NCBI GenBank assembly: GCA_951406725.2
Contig: OX597817.1
Location: 88,102,001 to 88,166,000, forward strand
DNA from: Octopus vulgaris
Taxonomy: Eukaryota
Direction of reading: 5' to 3'
DNA length: 64,000 bases
Part shown: piece by piece, positions 1 to 12,541 of the stretch
How the letters are laid out: each line of letters opens with the position of its first letter
How positions within the stretch are numbered: position 1 is the first letter of the stretch
The notes under the pieces: model-generated
Databases searched by the model: none
What the model was told of the DNA's origin: nothing
Seen by the model: the letters and a program-made list of their open reading frames with translations, nothing else
Program-made: the position numbers and the translations under genes

Positions 1-706
1 GAGACAACGAAGGAGATACTACGCAGCATTTGCTAGAAATGGCAGCCAAATCTTCTTCAAATCACATACTTCTGTCAATATAGAATATATTAGATCATAA
101 CATAGTGTTACATGGCTTGCATAAAAGACGGTATGGACATAGCCAAATCTACTCGATCATCGTTAAACTAGGGCTCCAATTAATAGCAGACGAAGTAATA
201 TCCTGGTCGAATCAACAGAGAAAGCCTCTTTAGAGTTGGTCGTCTGCTAGAAATATCAACCAAATCTCCCACCGTTTTGTAAAGAGAGGGACACGTTAAA
301 TAATGTAGTCGTAGATATTCAAAAGATGAATTGGCCTTGACTAGAACACCATTGCTGCGAATTCTGCTCAGTTATAATTAACACGGGGCTAAATAACAAT
401 ATATCCAGACTGAGAGAACTGCAATAAGTGTTGAAGAAGGGTTCTAAGAAAAATAAGAAGTATCAGTTTATTATATAATGTCTCTATCACATATAATAAG
501 CATTTCAGTTCGGGCAGACACAGAAAAAGAATTCGGGTCAGTAAACAGTGTATCAGCATTTCCACGAATTTTAAATATAATGAAAATAACTGCATCTAAT
601 TTATTTTAGCAGCGAAATTATCTCGCGTGTACAAGGTCAGATCATTATTAGCACCCACCCACCTCCGCCATTCCCCCACCCACAACGGACAGACATGAAA
701 ACACTG

Positions 707-930
707 ATGTATGTATGTATGTATGTATGTATGTATGTATCTATGTATGTATGCATGCATGCATGCATGCATGCATGTATGTATGTATGTATGTATGTAT
801 GTATGTATGTATGTATGCATGCATGCATGCATGCACGCATGCATGCATGTATGCATGTATGTATGTATGTATGTATGGAAGGACGGACGGATGGATGGAT
901 GTATATATATATATATATATATTTATATAT
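707..930. repeat. Compound microsatellite (TATG)n/(CATG)n/(GGAT)n/(TA)n
   Basis: Directly visible. Confidence 0.97.
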
Positions 931-944
931 TTGCATACATATAA

Positions 945-1064
945 CTAACTGTCCGACGAACGATAACATAAAACTTTGAGTAGCACTTTGTGGAGATTTT
1001 ATTCTACCTTCAGTGTTTGAATAATATTATTTTCCACCTTGTTTTGCACTTATGTACTTATTCG
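945..1064 (+). mobile_element. Penelope-like terminal repeat fragment with degenerate hammerhead-like motif
   Basis: Homologous to 46638-46790 (ctgtccgacgaa...; ttccaccttgttt). Confidence 0.5.
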
Positions 1065-1079
1065 TGTGTGTATATATTA

Positions 1080-2040
1080 TCTTTTATTCCCTTCACTAGA
1101 CACCGCCTTGAAGAATTTTTAGTCGAATGAATCGATCCAAGTACTTATTGTTTTTTTTAAAGCCTGGTACTTATTCTGTCGGTCAGTTTTGTCGAACTGC
1201 TAAGTTACGGGGACGTAAACATACTGACACCTGTTGTCAAGCGGTAGTGGGGTACAAACACAGACACAAACACACACATATTATCATCACCATCATCGTT
1301 TAACGTCCGTTTTCCATGCTAGCATGGTTTGGACGGTTCGACTGGGGTCTGGGAAGCCAGGAGGCTGTACCAGGCTCCAGTCTGATCTGACAGTGTTTCT
1401 ACAGCTGGATGCACTTCCTAACGCCAACCACTCCGTGAGTGTAGCGGGTGCTTTTTACATGCCACCGGCACAGGAGGCAGAGGAGGCTGGCAAACGGCCA
1501 CGATCGGTTGGTGCTTTTTACATGTCACCGACAAGGACGCCAGTCAGGCGGCGCTGACATCAGCCACATTCGGATGGTACTTTTTACGTGCCACCAGCAC
1601 GGGTATCTTAACTACAATTTCCATTTGATTTTTTTTTTTATGTTGGTGTTGATGTACTTGACTCAATAGGTCTCCTCAAGAACAGCGGGTCACTCTATGA
1701 TCCAAGGTTAGCACAGCAAGCCATCCTTCGAGCCATGAACTCACTTCATTTGTTGGGTCTTCATAGTCACAGCATATCTCAGAGGTCTCGGTCTTCGTCA
1801 TTTCCTCTTTGAGGCCCAACGTGCCACCAGCACAGGTATCATATGCATATATATATATATATATATATATGAAGGCCTTCTTTCAGTTTCCATCTACCAA
1901 ATTCACTCATAAAGCTTTGACCAATCCAAGGCTATAGTAAAAGACACTTATCCAAGGTGCCACACAGTGGGACTGAACCAGCAACCGTGTGGTTGGAAAG
2001 CAAGCTTCGTATCACACAGCTACAGTAGCACTTATATGCC
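1080..2040 (-). mobile_element. tRNA-derived SINE (family B) interrupted by an RTE-tail repeat (~1281-1840)
   Basis: Both halves match the intact copy at 26780-27220; the insert matches 43105-43670. Confidence 0.8.
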
Positions 2041-2112
2041 TATGTACATATGCATGTAAATGTATACTTATGTGTGTATGTGTATATATATATATGTGTG
2101 CACACACATACA

Positions 2113-2148
<36 letters not shown>

Positions 2149-2169
2149 TATACACACACACATATATAT

Positions 2170-2900
2170 ACATCATCATCATTTAATGTCTGCTTTCAGC
2201 TGGCATTAGTTGGACAGTTTGACAAGGGTTGGCTATGGCAAAAACTGCACCAGATTTCACTGTCTGTTTTGTTTTGTTTGTTGGGGTAGAGTGTATGTAT
2301 TTTGTTTTCTTTCATTGTTTCATGTGGGTGGAACACACAATACTCCAAGAACTCAGTTTCACTGAGGTGGACAGGTCTTCTCAAGAACTCAATATCACCA
2401 GACATCCCAGTTCATTGTCATCTCCTCTGTGCAGCGATTGGCACTTCTTTATACAACTGTTTACATTCATATGCATCGCATATCCAAACCAACATAGTCT
2501 TCTCCCTTGCATGCTGCATCTGATTCCTCTTATGCCCAACTTTTCTCTTGGCTTATTTGCACTTAGTTGTACATGCATACTGATGCTGCACATGCAGCAG
2601 AGCATACTAGCTTCATTCCTATGAAGTCTATGTATGTCTTCTGCATTTAGGGTTTTTCCCTCACTACAATGGAGAATAGCCTTTCATACACAACCATCAG
2701 ACAATCTACCTTTCACTCTGAGAGCGAGTCCTTTTTTAGCCAACAGAGATAATAGCTCTCTGAACTTCCTCCATGCTATACTTAATCTAGCAACAATACT
2801 TTCAGAACATCCTCCAAAATTTATAATTTGCTCACCCAGGTAACAGAAACTATCCACAACCACAAAAAGATCCTCCTGGGCATTTGAGAGAGTCTAATTC
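2170..2900 (-). mobile_element. Decayed RTE-clade LINE 3' fragment
   Basis: Minus translation RRLCWFGYAMHMNVNSCIKKC resembles the RTE ORF C-terminus (RLRWFGHV.RM); (CAT)n tail on +. Confidence 0.75.
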
Positions 2901-3214
2901 CTGTGTGTCCTTAGTACATATTGTTCCTACACATCTGCCACACACAAAGACAACTTCTGTTAATCTACCTATTATTCAACTACATCACTTATGTGTCTAT
3001 AGCTTACACTGGGTGCAACAAATGGAATTACTCCCAACTCCTTTCCGACATACTGAGCAGGGCTATTTACCCATACCTATATATATATAGGTCTGGGCAT
3101 ATTGCAGCAAAGATCAATATATCTGATGAAGAACAGAACTCAATATATGTTTTTCTCTTCAGCAGCATAATCCATTCATCTATCTGCCTGTCTGTCTGTC
3201 CGTCGGTCAGTCGA

Positions 3215-3276
<62 letters not shown>

Positions 3277-3490
3277 CATCTACTATCTACTTAGCCATCT
3301 ATCCATCTGTCTGTCTGTCTGCCACTCAACTAAGAAACTATAGAAGATGTTTGCATATTGGGCAAGCGTTTTCTGCTTTAGCCTCAGTCAGCAGATTTAG
3401 TAGACAGAAACAGAGACGCTCAGAATAGGAAGAGGAAGATATGAATATGTGTGTGCGCACGTGTATATATATATATATCTATATATATAT

Positions 3491-3539
<49 letters not shown>

Positions 3540-3696
3540 GTATGCATATGTGTGTATACATGTGTGTGTGTGTATATATATATATTACAGAGATGTACTT
3601 GCATAGCAAGTGACCTGATCTGAGATCATGTGCTGGAACGAAAACAATTGCAGCATGGAAGGTGTTTATAAGTCATTTAAGAAACACATAAAACCC

Positions 3697-3870
3697 GTTA
3701 GATTCACTTCAACATTTAAATTTAATTTGCCAAAATATTTTCGTCACTTTGAGACTGCAACCTGTTTACTGACAAAATTCCGTGCTGCATCTTGTCAGTG
3801 AACAGGTCACGGTCTCAAAGCAACGAAAATATTTTGGTAAATTAAATTTAAATGTTGAAGTGAATCTAAC
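3697..3870. repeat. Foldback inverted repeat (~79-bp arms, 16-bp spacer), probably Penelope-like termini
   Basis: 3697-3775 is the reverse complement of 3792-3870 with few mismatches. Confidence 0.9.
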
Positions 3871-5296
3871 AGTGGAACTGAACCCCAAACCATGCAGCTA
3901 GGAAGGAAACTCCTTATCACACAGCCATGCCTGCTTTGCAAAGACTAACATTTACTCAACTCTGAGATATTAACTACATTGAACTGTGTGTTAGTGGATT
4001 TAAGTTATAATCCTAATAAAGACATCTGTGATTTCTTTCAGTTTTGTAGTAACAGGTACTGCTTTTATTCTTTTTTTTTTTTATCTTATTTCTTCCTCCC
4101 TTCAGCTTCTCTTGTTTATATATCTTTATTAAGAAACATTTCACATGGCCCCAGCAGATAAACTGGAAAAGACATTGTCCTGGAGGATGGCAAGGGAGAT
4201 ATGCAGGAACAGCCACTCTGACTCACAGGGCTCACACTCACAGACAACCATCTCCATCTTAATAGCAGTGAGCAGGGATATGGTCCAGGCAGGAGGAGGA
4301 CACCATAAACCTGTCAGAGAGTAACCAATATGTTGATAGTTTTCTTTTCTCAGCCTAACAAGCAGCAGAGCTTGAGTTGGTAGCTGACCACACCAAGTTG
4401 CCATTGGAGAAGGTGTCATAGCAGATGGCATCCCAGATGAGGGACCTACCAATCACAGAATGGGAAAATTGTGAGGCTGTCCAGCCTTTTACTGTCCTCT
4501 TAGTCTAGCTCTGCTAGCTCAAACTAGGAAGGGAAGCCTGTAGCATCTAAGCCATGCTTTATGATCATGTTAAGGGTGGTATGGCATGGAAGGTAGCCAG
4601 CACTATGACAGCATGATAGTAGGTGATGTTGTCTCTTTTCAAATAAAATATTTTGTTTAAATGATATCTAGTTTAATAAATTTACCCCCAAAGTTTTCAA
4701 TGTTGAAATGACATGCATCTTTAAACCTGGTTGATATTTTTTTTTCTATCCTCTGTCGTAAATGATCATGGATGAAAGTCCTAGTTGTCCACTCTCCTAG
4801 AACTGTATTGCCTGTAGCTAAGCAGTTCAATGCATGAATGGCAGTCACTGTCACACAAGCTGCTCTTGTGGGTTGTCCCGGTGCTATTTATTCAGTTCTA
4901 TCTCTCCAGCAGAGAGTGTTTGATAGAATCCAAGCCTGGGCAATATGACATGGAGGACAGGTTGTTTCCCATGCAGCAAGTCCCCCTTCTCTATGTCACT
5001 GATGAATTCAAAAGAACAGCATGACCATTGCAATTTGGTACCAGTGCCATCACAAGCTCTATCTACTTGACTGACTTGCTAATTAACCCATAGGTGGGAC
5101 CTTGACAAGTGTTACTACTTTGGGTCAGAGCAGAGCTGGGAATAATAGTGATTAAGACATGGTTCCACACTCCTCAAAACCCTGGAACTCCCAACTAGGA
5201 CCTCACTTCTGAGTGCAGTTTAAAGTCATTTCCAGGACTGATTGAAATAAAGGAAGTAATGTGATGTGCTGAGGGACATTACCAGTTTTACATCAA

Positions 5297-5517
5297 CCCT
5301 TTAGCATTTAAATCAGCCTTATCTAGCAAAAAATATTCTACTTGTTTTATGTTCAAACCAGCCAGATCTGGCCTCTCACACCCACCTTACAATGTCATTC
5401 TAAAAATAAATAGTTACTTGATCAAAATTTCAAATCTACATGATAATGCTTTATAAATTCAAAATAATGTGAGCAAATAAGCATCACATTTGACTGAGTA
5501 ATGTGAATGCTAAAGGG
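5297..5517. mobile_element. piggyBac-type MITE (TIR CCCTTTAGCATT); related copies at 16417-16629, 26489-26709, ~27490-27705, ~30666-30885, ~44885-45530, 47893-48099, 53602-53821
   Basis: CCC...GGG termini with TTAA-like flanks; ~220-bp shared internal sequence. Confidence 0.8.
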
Positions 5518-5913
5518 TTAAAAAAAGAGGGTCGTGTTTAGATTTTTTTTTTCTTGTGCATACTTCAGAATAAGCTAAAAGATAGTCCATATCAAACACA
5601 GAAAATATGCAAGAATTCCTAAATTGCATGAATGCTGGAGATTCCTACACAATGTAAGAAGGTTGACATGCCTTCTGCATTCTTTCACAACCATCTCCCT
5701 TACTATTCACTCAACCATAAAATATCTGACACACTTGACTTGTATCATTTGTTCGTAAATACCACTGTAATAGTTTGTTTAACAAACTAATACAGCTTTT
5801 AAACCTAATATCAAAATGATTTCTATTGGTTTGCCATAGGAACATATACAACTGCTAGATGGGATCTCAAGAATGGATAGACCTGATCAAATGAATAAAA
5901 ATTCGTTCTTTAA

Positions 5914-6134
5914 CCCTTTCGTTACTGTATTTATTTTGAGATGCTCTGTGTTCCTTTCAATTACTTTAAATATAACAAAGAATTTAGTAAAATAACTTAG
6001 CTATCATTCAGCTAGTGTTAGGAACATAAATTGTGACTAAGGTTTGGTGGAAGATCTTTTTTTCAAAACTTATGAAAACAAGACATTTTTACTCAGAGCC
6101 AGACCCGGTTTCAGCTGGGATGGTAACGAAAGGG
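5914..6134. mobile_element. Second piggyBac-type MITE family (TIR CCCTTTCGTTAC)
   Basis: TTAA|CCCTTTCGTTAC...GTAACGAAAGGG|TTAA. Confidence 0.85.
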
Positions 6135-6884
6135 TTAAATGTGTGTACCCTTTTTTTCTTATTATCAATTTCTCAGTGATCTTTGGTTTTAGATACATAC
6201 AAGTGTAGGATCTTTGGTTAAGGTACATATAACTATGTAACTGATAATAAAACCAAAACAATCTGGAAATATTACACTTTCATATCCCAAGCAAGTGAAA
6301 CAAATATGTAAATATACTGGTTTCAAATTTTGCCACAAGGCCGGCGATTTGGGGGTGGGGAATAAGACAATTACATTGACCTCAGTGTTCAACTGGTACT
6401 TATTTAATCAACCTTGAAGGATTGCAAAGCAAAGTCAACCTTGGCAGAATTTGAACTCAAAGCACGAAGAGAGGCAAAATGCTGCTAAACATTTTGCATA
6501 GCATGATAATGATTCTGAAAGCTTGCTGCCTTTTGTTGTTTGTTCCTTCTCAAGCCATGCCTAGTTCATAGGGCCGGTTTCCCGGTTTCCATGGCATATA
6601 GGTTCCCCACCTGGACAGGATGCCGGTCCGTCGCAGGTGAGTTACAAGATGCAGGAGAAAAGAGTGAGAGAAAGTTGTGGCAAAAGAGTCAGCAGAAGTT
6701 CGCCATTACCTTCCGCCAGAGCCGTGTGGAGCTTAGGTGTTTCACTCATAAACACACACATCACCCAGTCTGAGATTCAAACCCACGATCCCTCGACCGC
6801 GAGTTTGCTGCTCTAACCACTAGGCCATGTGCCTCCACACTTACATATATGTAAGTATGTTAAATGTTATTATTACAGATTTCA

Positions 6885-7460
6885 AGGCAATGAGCTGAGA
6901 AAATTGTTAACATGCCTATTCATCCTATTGGGGTCAATAAAATAAGTTCCAGTTGAACACTGGAGTTGATATAATCAACTTACCCCTTCCCCTGAAATTG
7001 CTGGCCTTGTGCCAAAATAGAAAACATTACGGCAGTGAGCTGGTAGAACTGTTAACATGCTGGGCAAAATGCTTAGTGGCATTTTGTCAAGTCTTTATGT
7101 TCTGAGTTCAAATTCCACCAACATTGACTTTGCTTTTCATCCTTTTAGATTTGATAAAATAAGTACTAATCAAGTACTAGGGTCGATGTAATCAACTTAG
7201 CCACCACACCCAAAATTTTAGACCTTATGCCTACAGCAGAAAGGATTATTACAGATTTCAAGGTAGCAGGCTGGCAGAATCATTAGCACACTGGGCAAAA
7301 TGTCCTTACGCTTTGAATTCAAATTCCACCAAGGTTGACTTTACCTTTCATCCTACCAGGGTCAAGAAAATAAATACCAGTTGAACACTGGGGTCAATGT
7401 AATCAATTTGCCCCATCTACTGAAATTGCTGGTCTTATGCCAAAATTTCAAACCATTATT
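6885..7460 (+). mobile_element. Three head-to-tail copies of tRNA-derived SINE family A
   Basis: Each has the gagctggcagaa head and catcc...gtc.ataaaataagtaccag core, as in 20131-20361. Confidence 0.85.
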
Positions 7461-8239
7461 AAGGATTTTTCTTTAATTGCTGAATGGCTTAATTTTTTTA
7501 ATTTATTCCACTAGCATGGTAAAAGAGAAAATATTTCTTATAAAAAAAAGGAAATACTTGAAAGTAATGTTGAGTGGTTTAGAAGCTCACTTTGCAACCG
7601 TGTGGTTTGGGGATCAGTCCCACTGTGAAGCACCTTGGGCAAGTGTCTTCTATTGTAGCTCCAGGCCAGCCAATGCATTGTGGGTGAACTTGAAACTGTG
7701 TGGAAGCCCATCACACAAGTGTGTGTGTATGCATATGTGAGTGTGTCACTGTATTTGTGTTCATCCATCAGCACTAAGTGACAACCAGTGTCAGCTTGTT
7801 TACATTCCCATAACATAGAAGTTTGGCAAAAGAGGCCAATAGAATAACTAGCAGGCTTAAATTCTGAGAACAATTTGTTTGAATAAACTATTCAAAGCAA
7901 TGCTCAAGCATAGCTGCAGACCAATGATTGAAACAAGCAAAAGAAAAGAATGAAAGAAAATATTCAAGTGTGTGTGTGTATATAGTGAAGGCTCATTTAC
8001 TGGTGGTTAGGGTGTTGTACACAATCACAGATCACAGTTTCAATTCCTTGACCAGGCAGTGTGTTGGTTCTTTAGCAAAACACTTCATGCTGAGTTATTC
8101 CAGTCCACTCTGTTGTAAATGAAAAATCCTGTGATGGACTGGCATTCCATTAAGGGAACGTTGGGATTGCAGTCCCTTATATGATATGGAAACCAGGTAA
8201 ATGGCCCTAGTATTCCTAGGACTCAAGACAGTAATGTAA

Positions 8240-8309
<70 letters not shown>

Positions 8310-8349
8310 GCATATCTGTCTGTTTTTGTGTGTACATACATACATACAT

Positions 8350-9120
8350 ACATGTTTATACCTGTAATTATTGGAGCCCTGGGCTATGTAACGCACTGCC
8401 TTAATTCCAATCTTGAGAAATTAGGCTTCTCAAAAACAGAATGGAGAAAGCTGATTTGAAGACTACAGATCCAATCCATCACTAGAACTGTAAAAATCTG
8501 TAAAACTTTCCAGAAGTTTATCATTTAAATATATATAAGCATGCCTAGATATGCAACTATATGTATGAGAATACATACACAAAACAAAATATACAAATCT
8601 GCACATATACATGCATCCAAGGAGACAACCTCTCTGTGATGTCGTATATACTTTCGGAAACCCCCTTGTCATTCATGTTAAAGAAGTTTGAAGAATATCT
8701 CACTGGTTCACAAGGAAACAGAAATATCAAAATTACACACTGTTTCTTTGAGGATCCAACTTTATGCAAAGAATATGCATGAGATGAAAAAGAGCCTTGA
8801 CCTAGTTACAACATTTTCAAAGGATGTCGGATTGGAGTTTGGTCAGGATAAATGTTTTGAAAAGGGGGAAAACTATAAACTAGGCTAGTAACATCTCCAT
8901 TAATAATTTAACTGTTTCCCTTGTATCTGATGAGGAATGTTACAGGTATCTAGGGGTGAATGAAAATATATCTTACAATGGCACCTGTAACAAAACATGT
9001 GTCACTAAAGAATATTACATCTGAATAAAGAAAACTTGGGCCTCAGAACTCTCTGCAGCACCAGTACTCATACCAAAATTTGGGCTGCTTGATGAGATCT
9101 GAGCCATTGATGTGAAAACC
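8350..9120 (+). mobile_element. R4/Dong-like non-LTR retrotransposon fragments (3' end followed by RT segment)
   Basis: 8350-8560 matches 59090-59260; RT-like QGDNLS...FSKDVGLEFGQDKC...YRYLGV with frameshifts. Confidence 0.75.
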
Positions 9121-9124
9121 CCCC

Positions 9125-11072
9125 AAAAAGTGAGTTCGAGGGAGAGGTGGACCAGTGGATCAAGGAAGATATTTTGATTCCTTGAAAGGAGGAAGTGGAG
9201 AGTGGAGTGCTACCACTGATGGCAGTGGTGTAGCCGACGAAGCATAAAGTCAGGCCTGTATTGGATTTCTGAGAGCTGAACGATCACATATTGTGCCATA
9301 TGGGCGGCGAGCTACAGACATTTGTAGCAAAACCTTGAGAGAGTGGGGGCAGATGACAGGGGCCACCACAATTGTCGATTTGAAGTTGGCATACCTGCAG
9401 CTGCATGTGGCTGAGAGACTGTGGAGATATCAGCTGGTAAGGTGTAAGGGACGGACATACTGGCTGACCAGGTTGGGACTCGGGCTGAATTCAGCACTGA
9501 AGATTATGGCGATGATTCTCAAAACCGACAAAGTGAAAAGAGCCACCAATTCCTATATTGATGACATCCTGGTGGACAAGAGCATAGTGTCGGCAAAGGA
9601 GGTCATAAGCCACCTGAAGAGTTTTGGGATAGCTGCCAAACTGCTGGAGGCGATGGAAGGAGGAACTGCACTGGGACTCAAGCTATGAAGAAACAAGGCT
9701 GGTGCATTGGTGTTTCAGAGAGGGAATGAGATCCCAGAAGTGAGCTCCAAGATGAGTATGCGGGAACTGTTTTCTGTATGAGGGAAGATGCTGGGACACT
9801 ACCCGATTGCAGGATGGCACCGGACGGCATGCAGCTTCAAGTGAAGGAGTGAGGTGGAGTGATAACGTGGCTGAGAAGACAACCTCCATGATGCAAGAAG
9901 TCCTGGAGAGAGTGACTGCAGACCCAGTAAGAGGGAACTGGTATGTGCCCAAATTGAAGAATGGGATCATGTGGTGTGATGCCAGTAGTATAGCAATGGG
10001 AGTTGTCCTGGAAATTGGAGGTGTTGTGGTGGAGGATGCGGCCTAGCTTAGGAAGGACAGCTGCAACCACATCAACGTGGTGGAGCTGGATGCCATGTTA
10101 AAGGGGCTGAATCTGGCCCTGAGGTGGGGAGCACTGCTTACTATCGAGATCTGGACTAATTCATCCACTGTACTTAGATTGGTTGGATCAGTGGTTACCA
10201 GCGAGCAGAGGGTGCGAACCAGAGGGGGTGCAGAGTTACTGATAAAAGACCGTTTGGGAATTCTGGGCGAGCTAGCTACCGAGTTTGACCTGAGGCTGAG
10301 TGGGGTTTTTGTGCCCTCTGAGAGGAATAGAGCGGACATCCTAACCAGAGTAAAGAAAGCCTGGTTACAGGTGCCAGAGAATCTGGAGCAAGGAGTGGCT
10401 GCAGTGTGTTGACTGAATGACTTGGAGCTGAGGAGAATTCATACCATGCATCACATGGGGGTGGACAGGACCCTGTTCCTAGCCAGGAATGTTGACTCTG
10501 ACATGACCAGGCAGAGTGTGCCCCACTCCAGGTGTGCATGAGGCAGGAAGTATTCCAGTGGAACACAACTGGAAATGACTGGCAGTGGACATGACATACT
10601 ACCAGCAGGAGACATACCTCTCGATGATCGATTGCAGACTGGGGTGGTTGGCCATATGGAGGGAGATGAAGACAGGGATCACGGAGGAAATCACAAGAAT
10701 ACTGAATGAGATATTCCTAGAATGAGGCTCCGTGGATGTGTTGCATATAGACAATGACACAGCATTTTGCTCAGAAGTGCTGGGGGAAATGCCTAACAAG
10801 TGACATGTCAGCCGTTTCTTTAAGGTGGCATACCGGCCAAGTGGCAATGGGGTTGTGGAGAAGCATCATTGTACTATCAAGACCATAGTAGTGAGGGGCC
10901 ACATCTCACCAGTCAAGACCGTTTTTTGGTATAATATGTCACCCAGGACGGGACAGGCTGAGGAGTCAGTACCACACAGGGCAATATTCAAGTATGAGTG
11001 GCAATATCCATGTACCACATCGCCACATCCCATAGAAGAGAAAGAGTATGCCTTTGTACAGGTCGGGGAAGA
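9125..11072 (+). mobile_element. Decayed Ty3/Gypsy pol (RT-RNaseH-integrase)
   Basis: VRPVLDF, DLKLAYLQL, SYIDDILV, WCDASS, ELDAMLKGL, NRADILTR, AYRPSGNGVVEKHH; many stops and frameshifts. Confidence 0.9.
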
Positions 11073-11368
11073 AGTCTTTTCAAAGAAAAGGCAAAAGATA
11101 CTGACACAGATTCTCCAAATTCAGTCTATTAGCAATACAGTGAAGATATGTAAGACATTCCAATGATTCTCCATCTGAGATTCTTTAGATAAATAGATGC
11201 AAAAATTTGGGCATGTGCAGCTCAACCAACACACCAGCTCAATCATATACACAAACACAGGGAGCTCTCTTAACTCAAAAAGATAGTTCTTTGTTAGCGA
11301 CCGGCTTAAACTCTCTTAAGAGGAACTTAAAATTCAAATAAATAAATAAATAAATAAATAAATAAATA
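11073..11368 (+). mobile_element. R4/Dong-like 3' end with (TAAA)n tail
   Basis: LQIQSISNTVKICKTFQ matches the LQIQSITRTVKICKTFQ terminus at ~8460-8515. Confidence 0.7.
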
Positions 11369-12437
11369 GTCACACAGACATATGGAAATGAGTTTTCAAT
11401 ATGTAATTACTTTCAGTTATGTATATATTTTTATAAGCAATCTTTTTTTTTTATTAATGATATGTATGTAATAACTTGAAAAAAATTGGGCTGGTCAAGC
11501 AATTAAAAAGAAAAAAAATCTTTAATACTAACTTTTAATACATCTATATATTCGTTTCGCTTTCCCAAATCTATTTTTATATTTTACCGGATTGTTTTGG
11601 TTTCGTTGTCAACCCCGCAGTTATATGTGCCTAAAATCAAAGATCTCTTAATCTCTTAAAGGAAAGGGAAAAATATTCTTGTGGTTTTCTTATTTAGCAA
11701 GAACTACTGCATGTTCTTGGAAATTTTCAATAAAATTAGAAGAGGTATTTCAAAAAGATAAGATCTCCAATTTTATATGATGATGATCGGAGATTCTCAG
11801 AGTTAACAATTCATAGAGCACAATTATTTCAGGAACACAACAAATTAAAGTGTCAAATGACTGTTGTACTTAACGAACCGTTTCATTGTTTTTATTTTTA
11901 TCTGACCGGTAACTTTACTTAAAAGATGTCACACTCAATGCCATCCTAAGGCATGGGCGCACGGGACAAGTTTACCAGGGGGCTCACTCGTCTAAGGGCC
12001 CATTTTCTTATCCATTTATGTTGTGGATTGTCAATAAATAAATACTATAGAGTCCACTGCACTGACTTGCCTGGGGGCTTATAATGCCTCTAAGACGGCC
12101 TTGATCACACTATATTTTGGATTCCAACAAAAACTATTCCCGTCTGATTAGTAGAAATATAAAAGTTACCATTAAACCCTTTTCGATGTAGGTTTAAGTT
12201 TTTCTGCTGTTACCTCATCACTATCCTAACCAATTGATGAAACGGCAAAAATAACGAAATTTGATGAAGGAAATAACAAAAATAATGACTTGTCAAAATA
12301 CAATGAAAGAAACGAAAATAACAAGTGCCCCCGCCGAATAATGCTACTCAGAGTAACTGTCGCAACTCCCAAGTAACTTTATTATTGTCTGAATAAACCA
12401 GTTTTTGTTCTACCGTAGACAGTTTCAGTTCCGGCTT

Positions 12438-12492
12438 GTTGCTAACAACATTTAATGTAAACTGTGACCGTTACTATAGAAGGAGCCATTGG
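12438..12492 (+). promoter_or_regulatory. Putative GAS8 proximal promoter with RFX X-box-like sites
   Basis: GTTGCTAACAAC (12438-12449), partial GTTACTATAG (12470-12479) and inverted CCAAT (ATTGG 12488-12492), 50-100 bp before the ATG; RFX regulates ciliary genes. Confidence 0.6.
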
Positions 12493-12538
12493 ATTTCTCT
12501 AGTCTTACCTTCTCTCGAAAAAACAATTACAACACAAA

Positions 12539-12541
12539 ATG
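12539..12541 (+). CDS. GAS8: GAS8 coding exon 1 (ATG only)
   Basis: caaaATG|gtaaat lies just downstream of X-box-like motifs. Exon 2 starts PPKKK in phase 0 with no Met, so a lone upstream ATG is needed. Confidence 0.72.

Noticed and set aside
596-979. Overlapping ORFs rich in MYVC/HTYI (also 57562-57854 and similar)
   Set aside because: They are translations of microsatellites, not genes
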